DNA of 57,730 nucleotides from a virus (IMGVR_UViG_3300037755_000790:1-57730), one strand, 5' to 3'; numbered from the stretch's first letter, positions 9,065-17,407 are shown. Translations and numbers: made by a program. The notes: generated by a model not told the origin, from the letters alone.

Positions 9065-9205
9065 ATGCGACTGCCCCGACGTTCCACCCTCGTCGAGCGC
9101 CTCGCCCGCAGGATCGTCGGACTCCGAGGCAACCTCGTCGACGAGCTCGCCGGTTGGGTAGCGCGCGAGGAGTCCCGGCTGATGTGGCGCTGGCTGGAGA
9201 ACTAG
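9065..9205 (+). CDS. 46-aa hypothetical protein
   Basis: GGAGGAG RBS before the ATG. Confidence 0.5.
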   Translation: MRLPRRSTLVERLARRIVGLRGNLVDELAGWVAREESRLMWRWLEN

Positions 9206-9705
9206 TAACCTCGCCTCGCGCACTGGGTCAGCATCTCCGTGACCGCGTTCATCACGCCGAGGTTCAGTTCGAACTCCATGCTTGTCCCCTTGCCCGCCTC
9301 GGCCAGCTCGGCGAGGTCAAGGGCCATGTTCGCGGCGAACGCGAACTCAAAGATCCCCGACCGGTAGGCGGGGTCGACGGCCTTGGTCAGGGTGGCGCTG
9401 CTGTAGTCGCTCGCGTCGTCGGCCGCCCGCGTGGTGTCGCACGCCTTCGTGGCGTCCGGGTTGGCGTAGTGCGTCGCGGTCGGGGACGTGGTCGTGGATG
9501 GCTGAGCGGGCGTGTCGTCCGGCGAGAAGAGATCAAGCCCGACGGCCACGCCAGCCCCGACGACGCCGACGGCGGCGAGCGTGGCCACCACCACCTTCCA
9601 GGTCGCCACGCCTCGCTTCGGTGCCTGCTGCCACGGTGGTACTCCGGGTACGTGCTGAGGGTTGGGCATGTCACCGGGTACGACGGGGATCGACGGATCG
9701 GTCAT
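9202..9705 (-). CDS. single-pass membrane protein (possible superinfection exclusion)
   Basis: Pro-rich N-terminus, one TM helix, Thr/Pro linker, two Cys. Confidence 0.6.
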   Translation of the reverse strand: MTDPSIPVVPGDMPNPQHVPGVPPWQQAPKRGVATWKVVVATLAAVGVVGAGVAVGLDLFSPDDTPAQPSTTTSPTATHYANPDATKACDTTRAADDASDYSSATLTKAVDPAYRSGIFEFAFAANMALDLAELAEAGKGTSMEFELNLGVMNAVTEMLTQCARRGY

Positions 9706-9762
9706 GTCGTGGAGTGTGGGACCCGGGACACATGATCGCCACGGGACGAACGGCCAGCGCCG

Positions 9763-9792
9763 TGGACACACCCCCGGCATGGAGGGTAGGAT
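9763..9792 (+). promoter_or_regulatory. promoter for a leaderless HTH gene
   Basis: TGGACA-18 nt-TAGGAT, ATG 6 nt downstream. Confidence 0.65.
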
Positions 9793-9798
9793 GTGCGC

Positions 9799-10044
9799 AT
9801 GGGTTGGCGCTCACTCGATGAGTTGCTGGCGTGGCTGGCTGAACGGCCGCCAGCCGAGGCGGTGCGCCTGTCCCGACTTCTCGCCGACACGAAGACCGCT
9901 GGTGCGCTGCGTGAGTACGCGGACCGGATCGTCTACGACATGACGCGTGAGGCGACGTACAAGCGGGTCGGCGAAGAGTTGGCTCTGGGCCGCAAGCAGG
10001 TCATGAGCGCGGTTGAGCGGGAGAGCGCACGCCGTTCCGCCTGA
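9799..10044 (+). CDS. small HTH regulator
   Basis: C-terminal ATYKRVGEELALGRKQVMSAV HTH-like segment. Confidence 0.65.
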   Translation: MGWRSLDELLAWLAERPPAEAVRLSRLLADTKTAGALREYADRIVYDMTREATYKRVGEELALGRKQVMSAVERESARRSA

Positions 10045-10092
10045 TCTGTCAGGTACCCGACATGCGAGGTTGCACGTCCCCTTGTCTTACCC

Positions 10093-10122
10093 TTGCATCC
10101 CACCCCCCATGGGGGGTATAGT
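10093..10122 (+). promoter_or_regulatory. strong promoter with palindromic spacer
   Basis: TTGCAT-18 nt-TATAGT; spacer contains CCCCCCATGGGGGG. Confidence 0.8.
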
Positions 10123-10165
10123 AAGAGGTGTCAGGGGGAAGCGCCCCCGGCAGGAAGGCACCGAG

Positions 10166-10390
10166 ATGAGCACTGTTCAGGCTTGCCACGACAACGGCGA
10201 CTGGTCCTGCTCCGAGCACGGTGGCTGGATCTGCGACCTCGACCACGGGCACGACGGCGACCACCGTTGCGTCCGCTGCCCCAAGCCGATGAAGCCGGGC
10301 TGGTCGAACGCGGCGAAGGCCCGCGCCGGACAGATCGACGCCAGCGAGGCGGCAATGCGGGCCGAGGTCGAGACCTCGCCCGACATCTAG
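10166..10390 (+). CDS. Cys/His-rich small metal-binding protein
   Basis: AGGAAGG RBS; CDLDHGHDGDHRCVRC. Confidence 0.65.
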   Translation: MSTVQACHDNGDWSCSEHGGWICDLDHGHDGDHRCVRCPKPMKPGWSNAAKARAGQIDASEAAMRAEVETSPDI

Positions 10391-10455
10391 TCCTGACCCA
10401 TCCGGGAGGTGCTCGGCCCGCAAGGTCCGAGCATCCCCGAAGCCGTCAGGCCACA

Positions 10456-10474
10456 CCTTGAAAACTCAACAGCG
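10456..10474 (+). promoter_or_regulatory. boxA-like antitermination motif
   Basis: CCTTGAAAACTCAACAGCG resembles the actinobacterial rRNA-leader motif TTGAGAACTCAACAG. Confidence 0.6.
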
Positions 10475-10597
10475 GCAAGGGACGACCGCGGCGAGACGCC
10501 GAGCCCCGGAACCGCCGGGGTAGGGGCAGGTGAGGCAGCGAGAGCGCCCCTGTCCACTACCGCCGCCATCCGAGCGGCCAAGGCCGAGGAGGCCACC

Positions 10598-10768
10598 ATG
10601 ACCGAACAGCTCACCGAACAGCAGGCCCTCGCCAGGGCCGACCACCTCATCGCGGACATCGACTACGCGGAGCGGGCCGGCCTGAGCAGGGACATGGTCG
10701 ACCGGTTGTACCGGATGTTCGACCGGCTGGACGCGAAGGCGATCGCGGCGGGCTTCGGCCCACTGTGA
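10598..10768 (+). CDS. 56-aa hypothetical protein
   Basis: GAGGAGG RBS. Confidence 0.7.
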   Translation: MTEQLTEQQALARADHLIADIDYAERAGLSRDMVDRLYRMFDRLDAKAIAAGFGPL

Positions 10769-10775
10769 CGGTCGA

Positions 10776-10828
10776 GGAGCGAGCACCGGGACCGGCCGGC
10801 GCACCCAGGTTCAAGCCCTGGCGCTCCA
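10776..10828 (+). ncRNA. tRNA-like element 1
   Basis: GGAGCG/CGCTCC-A acceptor-like stem plus T-arm CCAGG-TTCAAGC-CCTGG. Confidence 0.55.
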
Positions 10829-11008
10829 CGCAGCAACGCAGTTAGCCCGGTTAGATGCGTAGAACGGAAACCGGGATGGCCTAGCAGCTGAGCCACGATC
10901 AGCGCGGACGCCCATCACGTGACGAGGGCTAGGGATTCCGCTGAATCTGGAGTAGCCGAGTCGGAGCGACATCCGTGATCGCCGGCCGGGAGCGCATCCC
11001 GGCACCCC

Positions 11009-11096
11009 GTCCCCCACTCACAAGGTGTGAGGTCCGCGAGCAGATGGCGCCGAGCGCGTACTGACACGGACGACGGTTCGATCCCGTTGGGGGACA
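11009..11096 (+). ncRNA. tRNA-like element 2
   Basis: 7-bp GTCCCCC/GGGGGAC stem, CTCAC/GTGAG arm, GTCCG/CGGAC arm with long loop, T-arm GACGG-TTCGATC-CCGTT. Confidence 0.6.
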
Positions 11097-11099
11097 CAA

Positions 11100-11182
11100 G
11101 GGCGGCAGAGGCACTGTCGGGCTCCCGAAGCGCAGAGGCGCGGAGGTCCCCGGCTGGCGGTGTTCGACTCACCGGCCGCCCA
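11100..11182 (+). ncRNA. tRNA-like element 3
   Basis: 7-bp GGGCGGC/GCCGCCC-A stem plus T-arm CGGTG-TTCGACT-CACCG. Confidence 0.6.
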
Positions 11183-11211
11183 CGTAGCAACCCCCGATGA
11201 AGGGAGCACCG

Positions 11212-11457
11212 ATGGACAGTGACTGGAGCCAGCAGTACGACAAGATCTTCGCCAGTGGTCGCCATAGCGGCTACAGCGACGCGGTCACCGAGCTTTGGCG
11301 AATCGCGCATGAGGCGATCGAAGCGGACGACCGGGACCGATACGCGCTGCTTGCCGATCTCGCCCGCGAGATCAGTGGCCGGCGCGCGGCGGTAGAGGCG
11401 AGATTCCTGCACTTCCAGGCCGAGGCGCGCGTCGCGCGGCCGGCCGACGAGTCCTGA
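11212..11457 (+). CDS. hypothetical protein
   Basis: AAGGGAG RBS. Confidence 0.65.
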   Translation: MDSDWSQQYDKIFASGRHSGYSDAVTELWRIAHEAIEADDRDRYALLADLAREISGRRAAVEARFLHFQAEARVARPADES

Positions 11458-11534
11458 CCACTACCGGTGGGGCTCGAGAGCTACCACAGTCCCGAGCCCG
11501 CGCCGTGGCCGTCAGGCCAGGAAGGGAGGCCATC

Positions 11535-11759
11535 GTGGCCACCATCAACAGCAGGTGCTGCGTTCAGTGCGACAACGGCGGGGCCGTAGCGCTGGATGAG
11601 CACGGCGGCGAAGTCGAGACCGTGGCCATGGCGATCGCCGAGGCTGCCGGCTCGCAGGTCTTCAAGCCCCTGCGCGACAACGCCGACGACGCGTCGATCC
11701 GCAACCTGTACCGCGAACTCGCGCAGACCGCGATCGCGCTCACCCTCGACGAGTCCTGA
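11535..11759 (+). CDS. small Cys-containing hypothetical protein
   Basis: AAGGGAGG RBS, GTG start; CCVQC. Confidence 0.6.
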   Translation: MATINSRCCVQCDNGGAVALDEHGGEVETVAMAIAEAAGSQVFKPLRDNADDASIRNLYRELAQTAIALTLDES

Positions 11760-11766
11760 ACCACCC

Positions 11767-11811
11767 GCCCTGACTGGCAGGCACCCGGGTTCAAGCCCCG
11801 GCAGGGCACCA
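11767..11811 (+). ncRNA. tRNA-like element 4 (minihelix ending ACCA)
   Basis: GCCCTG/CAGGGC-ACCA plus T-arm CCGGG-TTCAAGC-CCCGG. Confidence 0.55.
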
Positions 11812-11909
11812 CTCCACAGCCCGTGCGGCAGCCGCGAGAGCGAGCAGCGCCGGGCCGGCAAGTCGCCGCGGGGGCGACTTGCCCCCTACATGGAAGGAGG
11901 TGTCCAGAG

Positions 11910-12485
11910 ATGGATACCGCCAAGATTCGCGCTTTTGTCTCGTCCCGTCGCTTCGCCACCGCATCGTCGGTCGGCATGGTGGCGCTCGTAGCGGGTTACA
12001 ACTCCTACGGGCACCAGTACGACGTGGCGATCATGGCGCACCAGCCGTCGCACTTCGCGGCGGCACTCCCGTTCTCCGTGGACGGGATGCTCCTCGCCGC
12101 CTCGGTCGCCATGGCCGAGGACAAGTCCGAGGGGCGCAGGCCCAGGCTCTGGGCCGTGATCGCGTTCTGGCTGGGTGCCGCTGTGTCGGTGTCCGCCAAC
12201 GTGGCGAGCGTGATCGTGCACTACGGGTTCGACTGGTTGGCGATCGGTGTGTCGGCGTGGCCGCCGATCGCGCTGCTGATCACCGTCGAAGTCTTGTCCC
12301 GCAAGGGCAAGCCGGTGAAGAACCCGAACCGCGTCGAGGGTGGCCGCCGGGCCGCCGCGGCGAGGGCCACGAAGAAGCGGCCGGCCACGCGTCGGCGTAA
12401 GCCGGTGGCCGCGCCGGTCAGCCCCGCCGGGCCGACCAGCAAGCCCGTCCCGACCCTGGAAGAGGTCGAGGCTGCGGTAGCGTGA
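11910..12485 (+). CDS. DUF2637-like four-TM membrane protein
   Basis: SY.H......., LP.SVDG, S..ANV, AWPP.ALL...E motifs; AAGGAGG RBS. Confidence 0.8.
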   Translation: MDTAKIRAFVSSRRFATASSVGMVALVAGYNSYGHQYDVAIMAHQPSHFAAALPFSVDGMLLAASVAMAEDKSEGRRPRLWAVIAFWLGAAVSVSANVASVIVHYGFDWLAIGVSAWPPIALLITVEVLSRKGKPVKNPNRVEGGRRAAAARATKKRPATRRRKPVAAPVSPAGPTSKPVPTLEEVEAAVA

Positions 12486-12525
12486 CGTCAGATGGCACTC
12501 CGGCCGGGTGCCACCCGACAGCGAG

Positions 12526-12579
12526 AAGGGCGCTGGCCCGAGGAAGTGATTCCTCGTGGCCAGCGCCCTTTTTGCGTTT
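12526..12579 (+). terminator. intrinsic terminator
   Basis: AAGGGCGCTGGCC...GGCCAGCGCCCTT followed by TTTGCGTTT. Confidence 0.8.
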
Positions 12580-12709
12580 GTGGCTTACCTCTGCCCGCCG
12601 ACAGTTCCCGGTAGCCATTCGGGTGACCCACCGCGCCGAATGCTTGCCCGTGTATGCTTCTGCGAGGTTGCTTGCTCGTGCAGGTAATCAAGCATGAGAG
12701 GAGATCGGT

Positions 12710-13768
12710 ATGACGAGGAAGGACACCGATGCGGCCGCATCGGAGGCCGCGAAGACGCTGTCACGGCTCGGCGCCAAGAAGGGCGGAACGGCGCGCGCCA
12801 ATGTCCTGACGTCGGACGAGCGGAGCTCCATCGCGAAACGGGCCGCACAGATCAGGTGGCAGAAGGAAGAGGATGACCCCGGCGCGAAGACCCCGGCGCC
12901 GAAACCACGCCGCTCCGACGACGATCCGACACCGTTCTCACTGTTCCGAGGGACGCTCACGGTGGGCGACGTCAGCTTCGAGTGCCACGTACTGAACGAC
13001 CATCGCCGCGTACTCACCCAGCGCGAGGTGGTTCGGATCGTTTCGGGCGGGCGTGAGAGCGGGAACCTAGCGCGGTACCTGCAGCGGAACCCGCTCTACA
13101 ACGGCGACCTCGAGGCCAGGACGATCCAGTTCCGCATACCCGGCGCCCCCAACACGCCGGCCCCCGCGGCGATCGGGTACGAGGCCACACTGCTCATCGA
13201 GATCTGTGACCTGTACCTGCGCGCGCGGGACGCAGACCTTCTCAAGCCGAGCCAACTCCGCCTCGCGCAAATGGCAGAGCTGGTTGTCCGGGCTTGCGCC
13301 AAGGTGGGGATCATCGCACTGGTCGACGAGGCCACCGGCTACCAGGAGGTACGGGCCAAGCAGGCTCTCCGGCTCAAGCTGCAGGCGTTCATCGCCGACG
13401 ACATGCAGGAGTGGGCGAAGATGTTCCCCGATGACTTCTGGTACGAGCTCGCCCGGCTGGAGGGCGTTCGGTACTCCGCTCGCAACCGCCCGCTGCGATG
13501 GGGCAGGTATGTCATGGCGTTCGTCTATGACGCGATCGACGGTGACGTGGGCAAGGAGCTCCGCTCGAAGAACCCGAACCCCCGCTACGGCAAGAACCAC
13601 CACCAGTGGCTGAAGGACTTCGGCCGGGAGCGCGTCAACAACCAGATCCAGCAGGTGATCGCGATCATGAAGCTCTGCGACGACATGCCCGAGTTCAGGC
13701 GCAAGTTCGACCGCGTCTTCAGCAAGTCCCCATACCGACAGTTAGAGTTCGGCCTGTTCGATGGCTGA
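12710..13768 (+). CDS. P63C domain protein
   Basis: KGG.ARA..LT..ER..IAK.AA..RW N-terminus; GIIALVDEATGYQ; W.K.FP..FW; K.HHQWL. Confidence 0.85.
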   Translation: MTRKDTDAAASEAAKTLSRLGAKKGGTARANVLTSDERSSIAKRAAQIRWQKEEDDPGAKTPAPKPRRSDDDPTPFSLFRGTLTVGDVSFECHVLNDHRRVLTQREVVRIVSGGRESGNLARYLQRNPLYNGDLEARTIQFRIPGAPNTPAPAAIGYEATLLIEICDLYLRARDADLLKPSQLRLAQMAELVVRACAKVGIIALVDEATGYQEVRAKQALRLKLQAFIADDMQEWAKMFPDDFWYELARLEGVRYSARNRPLRWGRYVMAFVYDAIDGDVGKELRSKNPNPRYGKNHHQWLKDFGRERVNNQIQQVIAIMKLCDDMPEFRRKFDRVFSKSPYRQLEFGLFDG

Positions 13769-14014
13769 GCAAGCATGGCACCCGGCGGGCCCGACCCACG
13801 CGCGGCGGCGGCGGGCGAGCCCTGTCTGACCCAGAGGTTTTCGCTGGTCAGCAAGCATTCGGGCGGCGGGCCCGAACTATCCAGGACGCAGCGACGCGCC
13901 CCGTTGACAGATGAGCGAATCATCTGTCAACGGGGCGTCTCTGTCTACTCAGCCGTTCGGTTAACCTTCGCTACATCGCGGAGTTGTCGCGCGTACGAAG
14001 CCCGCGCGCTGGCG

Positions 14015-14179
14015 TCAGACCGCGGAGTTGAACGCCGACACGGCACGCTGCGGCCTGCCCTCGGCCGCCTCGGTGACACGTCGGATCGCCTGCGACAGGA
14101 CGTCCCCGTCGAGGGTCCACAGGTCCTTCAGCGGTACGTGGGTGACGTCGATCAGACCGCGTGTGGTCGTCTCGGTCAT
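14015..14179 (-). CDS. fxsA: FxSxx-COOH RiPP precursor-like peptide (54 aa)
   Basis: GGAGG RBS, ATGA-coupled to the HNH gene; leader LIDVTHVPLKDL...VLSQAIRRV and C-terminus AFNSAV. Confidence 0.8.
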   Translation of the reverse strand: MTETTTRGLIDVTHVPLKDLWTLDGDVLSQAIRRVTEAAEGRPQRAVSAFNSAV

Positions 14180-14796
14180 GATGCCTCCCGTTCGATGGCC
14201 AGACTGGCTAGCCTCTCCGCTTTCTGGCGGTGGTACAGCGCTCGATTGGCGATGCGACCGCACTCGCGGCAGATCCGATGCGGGATCCCCCGACGGCTGA
14301 CCTTGATGATGGTATTTGGCTCATCGAAGGGGTGGCCCCGAACGCAGTGGGTGCGGCGGGCGTTGACCGCCGACGGATTGGTCCGCGAGCGCAGAACATT
14401 CTCGCGATGGGTGACCGGCTCTAGGTGCGAGGGGTTGACGCAGTTCCGAACGAAGCACAGGTGGTCAAGGTCCAGTCCCTGCGGGATGTACCCGCCGGCA
14501 TCGACATAGCCCCAGCGGTGCGCCTGGAAGCGACGACGACTCACGTCGAAGTAGCCGTACCCGGGTTTCCCGACGGTTCCCAGGAAAAGCCAGCATTGGC
14601 CAAGATGCGGGGCATCGGCCGGGATGGGTCCATCCCGGTCAACCTTGGACCAGAACCGCTCCGACTGGGATGGCCTTGGCGGCGCTAGCCCGAGCGGGTC
14701 GCCGTGAAGGCGCCAGCGCTGATAGTGAGCCGGACACCATCCGCGGGCGATCTCTTTCCTTACGCAGCCCTCGATCGTGCAGATACGCTTGCCCAT
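14176..14796 (-). CDS. HNH homing endonuclease
   Basis: C.IEGC...GWC..HY.RW, RFWSKV, AHR, DHLC..R.CVNP.HLE.VT..EN, THC..GH. Confidence 0.9.
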   Translation of the reverse strand: MGKRICTIEGCVRKEIARGWCPAHYQRWRLHGDPLGLAPPRPSQSERFWSKVDRDGPIPADAPHLGQCWLFLGTVGKPGYGYFDVSRRRFQAHRWGYVDAGGYIPQGLDLDHLCFVRNCVNPSHLEPVTHRENVLRSRTNPSAVNARRTHCVRGHPFDEPNTIIKVSRRGIPHRICRECGRIANRALYHRQKAERLASLAIEREAS

Positions 14797-14881
14797 GTGG
14801 GCACCTCCGAGATAGGTGGACACGAAAGAGCCCCGTCGGCGTTGGATGCCTACGGGGCTCTGCTGTGCGATATGGGTGGTG

Positions 14882-16213
14882 CTACGGGGTGACCTGCCGG
14901 CCGTCGGTGTAGACGTTGTCGGTTCCCCAGAAGTAGCCCGGGTTGCTGGGATACCAGCTGTGGACCGGGCCGGCCGCGCCGCAGTTGCGGTAGTACTTGG
15001 TCGAGAAGACGTTGCCCTCGTAACGGACGTTGCGCCCGGTCGGGCCACCGGTGTACGTGCAGTACTGGCCGGCGGTCGCGAGCTTGTTGTTCTTGATCAG
15101 CAGTCCGTCGAGGGTGCCCTCGTCGTAGATGCTGATCGCCGAAGAGCAGCCCTGCGGCCCGTCGATCGCGCCCGGTCCGGTGTACGGCGGGACGTTCCAG
15201 CGGGAGCAGTCGGCCGTGTTGTGCTCGATCCGGCCGGATCCGTGGTTCCAGCCGATCGCGGCCTGATGCGCCCCGGCGGTGTACGTCATGTCGTGGATGT
15301 AGGAGTCCAGGATCACGACGTTGAACCCGCCACCGATGCCCGTCGAGGTGTGGTGGACGTGGACGCGGATGGCGGTGTAGTTCGACCCGTCCGCGATCGG
15401 CGCCTGATCACCGGGGTTGCCGTTCGTCTCACCGTGCGTGAACTCGGTGTCGATGACCGTCAGGCCCAGGTAGGTGCCGGGCGTCATCCAGTGCGGCGCG
15501 ATGCTGCCGATGATCAGCGAGTTCTTGATGGTGATGTTCGCCGCGCGGATCCGCAGCAGACCGCCGAAGACGCAGCCGTCATAGACCGCGTTGGCCTTCT
15601 GCAGGTGGTTGTCCTGCTCGCCATCGCCCTCGTCGCAGACCTTCAGGTCGCTCATGGTCCGGCCCGTGTGCTTGTACCCGGTGCAGTGCTCGTCCGGGAA
15701 GGCCGGGAACGGCGCGCAGAACAGGGTGTCGCCTGGCGGAGGTGTCGGGTCCGGTGTCGGTGGAGGTGTCGTCACGGGCGGTGTAGTGGTCACTGGCGGC
15801 GTTGTGACCGGTGGTGTGGTCGTCACCGGCGGAGTCGTCGAGGGTGGCACGGTGGCTGTGGGGGTGGCCGTCGGGGTCACCGTGGGACCGACAGTGGGGG
15901 ATGGTGACCCCGACGGGGACGGTGTTGGCGACAGGTCCGCCACCTCGCGCTGCCACATGGCGCACAGGTCCGCGCGCAGCTGCCGCTGACGTGCGTTCGT
16001 GGCGTCGTCGACGAGGTCCGTGCAGTACAGCTGTACCTGCTGCTGCGCGTAGGCGAGACGCTGGTCGGCGACGTCGGCGGACGCGCCGGGAGTGCGGAAA
16101 GCGACCGCCCCGAGGGCGAGGACCGCGGCGAGGGACAGCACGGCGAAGACTCGACCACGCGTGATCCGGCTCGGCTGGTGCTCGGCTCTGTGGCCGCGTA
16201 TCTCGTGATCCAT
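14882..16213 (-). CDS. exported protein: Pro/Thr linker plus right-handed beta-helix-like domain
   Basis: hydrophobic signal/TM segment, (TTPPV)n linker, FPDE..TG, ANITIKNS, DSYIHD repeats. Confidence 0.7.
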   Translation of the reverse strand: MDHEIRGHRAEHQPSRITRGRVFAVLSLAAVLALGAVAFRTPGASADVADQRLAYAQQQVQLYCTDLVDDATNARQRQLRADLCAMWQREVADLSPTPSPSGSPSPTVGPTVTPTATPTATVPPSTTPPVTTTPPVTTPPVTTTPPVTTPPPTPDPTPPPGDTLFCAPFPAFPDEHCTGYKHTGRTMSDLKVCDEGDGEQDNHLQKANAVYDGCVFGGLLRIRAANITIKNSLIIGSIAPHWMTPGTYLGLTVIDTEFTHGETNGNPGDQAPIADGSNYTAIRVHVHHTSTGIGGGFNVVILDSYIHDMTYTAGAHQAAIGWNHGSGRIEHNTADCSRWNVPPYTGPGAIDGPQGCSSAISIYDEGTLDGLLIKNNKLATAGQYCTYTGGPTGRNVRYEGNVFSTKYYRNCGAAGPVHSWYPSNPGYFWGTDNVYTDGRQVTP

Positions 16214-16608
16214 CAGGACTCCACTCGCTCGGGCCAATGCCAAGTGCCACCGGCGTAGGACGCTTCACGCCATCCGCAGGCGCAGTATCGGAACGGGTTG
16301 CCGTGCGTCTGCGCGTCAACGCAGGACGGCGTGCCCGCGTGCTCGGTTCCCTCGTCGTACTTGCAGACGTTGAAGAACTCGCCGGTGGGGTTGAGTACCG
16401 CCAGGCTCACGGCGTCGTCGTAGAACCATTGCTCGGCGTTGCGAATCGGCCGTCCCTCGCTGGTGCTGTAGCTCTCCGCCGGCTTCGTTTCGACGGTGAT
16501 CCAGGCGCCCACCTCGGTCACCATGGCCGCGCGGCACTGCGCGGTGTACTCGCCACCCGGCGTGCCAAACGAGCGATAGTGCACGACCCGACCAACGCTC
16601 GGCTTCAT
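16213..16608 (-). CDS. conserved actinophage hypothetical protein
   Basis: MKPSVGRVVHY...RAA.VTEV...L.VLNP.G.FF...GTWHWP; GAGGAG RBS. Confidence 0.75.
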   Translation of the reverse strand: MKPSVGRVVHYRSFGTPGGEYTAQCRAAMVTEVGAWITVETKPAESYSTSEGRPIRNAEQWFYDDAVSLAVLNPTGEFFNVCKYDEGTEHAGTPSCVDAQTHGNPFRYCACGWREASYAGGTWHWPERVES

Positions 16609-16616
16609 GTCGCTCC

Positions 16617-17246
16617 TCACTTGATGATCCTTCGTGCGGTCAGGAAGGCATAGATGATCTGCTTCTTGACCCGCTGGCCCGACTGCGGCGCCACAACGAC
16701 CATGTTGTTGCCGATGTAGATGCCGACGTGCGAACGCGAGAGGAAGACAAGATCGCCTAGCCGCAGATTGGCTCTCGACACGCGGACGCCACGGCTGATC
16801 AGCGCGCCGGTCTGGTGCGGCAGCTTGATCCCGATGCGGGCGTAGGAGGCGACGACGAGGCCGGAGCAGTCGAAAGCGTTCGGGCCGGCGGCACCCCACC
16901 GGTACGGGTCGCCGACTTGCGCGAGGGCGTAGTTGACGACGGTCCGGATCCGCGACGTGGCGACCGGCTTGGTCGCTGGCTTCTTCGCCGCCGGTGCCGC
17001 TGTCGGACGGGCGCAGGTGAGGCGGAGTCGGTGGCCGGCGTAGATGCGTGAGGGATTCGAGATCCCGTTGCCGGTGGCGAGCGCGGTGTAGGCCTTGGCG
17101 GTGCCGCAGTGGCGGGCGGCGATACCGGTAAGGGTGTCACCGGAGTGGATGGTGATCGTCACGGTCTTGGTCTGGGCGGCTTGGGCGGGGGTGGCGACGG
17201 TCAGCGTCGCGGCGATCGCGACTACGGCGATCAAGGGTCGTAACAC
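16617..17246 (-). CDS. secreted LysM-NlpC/P60 peptidoglycan endopeptidase
   Basis: signal peptide ending AQA; IHSGDTL..IA LysM; PYRWG...FDCSGL and SHVGIY. Confidence 0.9.
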   Translation of the reverse strand: MLRPLIAVVAIAATLTVATPAQAAQTKTVTITIHSGDTLTGIAARHCGTAKAYTALATGNGISNPSRIYAGHRLRLTCARPTAAPAAKKPATKPVATSRIRTVVNYALAQVGDPYRWGAAGPNAFDCSGLVVASYARIGIKLPHQTGALISRGVRVSRANLRLGDLVFLSRSHVGIYIGNNMVVVAPQSGQRVKKQIIYAFLTARRIIK

Positions 17247-17407
17247 GGGTGCTCCCGGGGTCGGCCCGGGGCTCTCGTGCGCACATCACCCAGACTCAAC
17301 GACCGACGGGGATCCGACCCGGACATGTGAAGTTGAAGTGAAGTTGAAGTCTCGGAGTCTGCCACTCGCTGGCGATCGACTTCTGTTTGCGCTGCTCAGT
17401 CAGCGTG

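Noticed and set aside
10829-11008. Hammerhead or HDV-like ribozyme
   Set aside because: Could not find the CUGANGA/GAAA core or a nested double pseudoknot by eye
10776-11811. Bona fide tRNA genes
   Set aside because: No canonical D-arm and 7-nt anticodon loop combination; kept only as tRNA-like elements
17250-17407. c-di-AMP (ydaO) riboswitch upstream of the NlpC/P60 gene; GTGAAGTTGAA x2 at 17327-17350
   Set aside because: Conserved riboswitch motifs not seen; a two-copy repeat is too short to interpret
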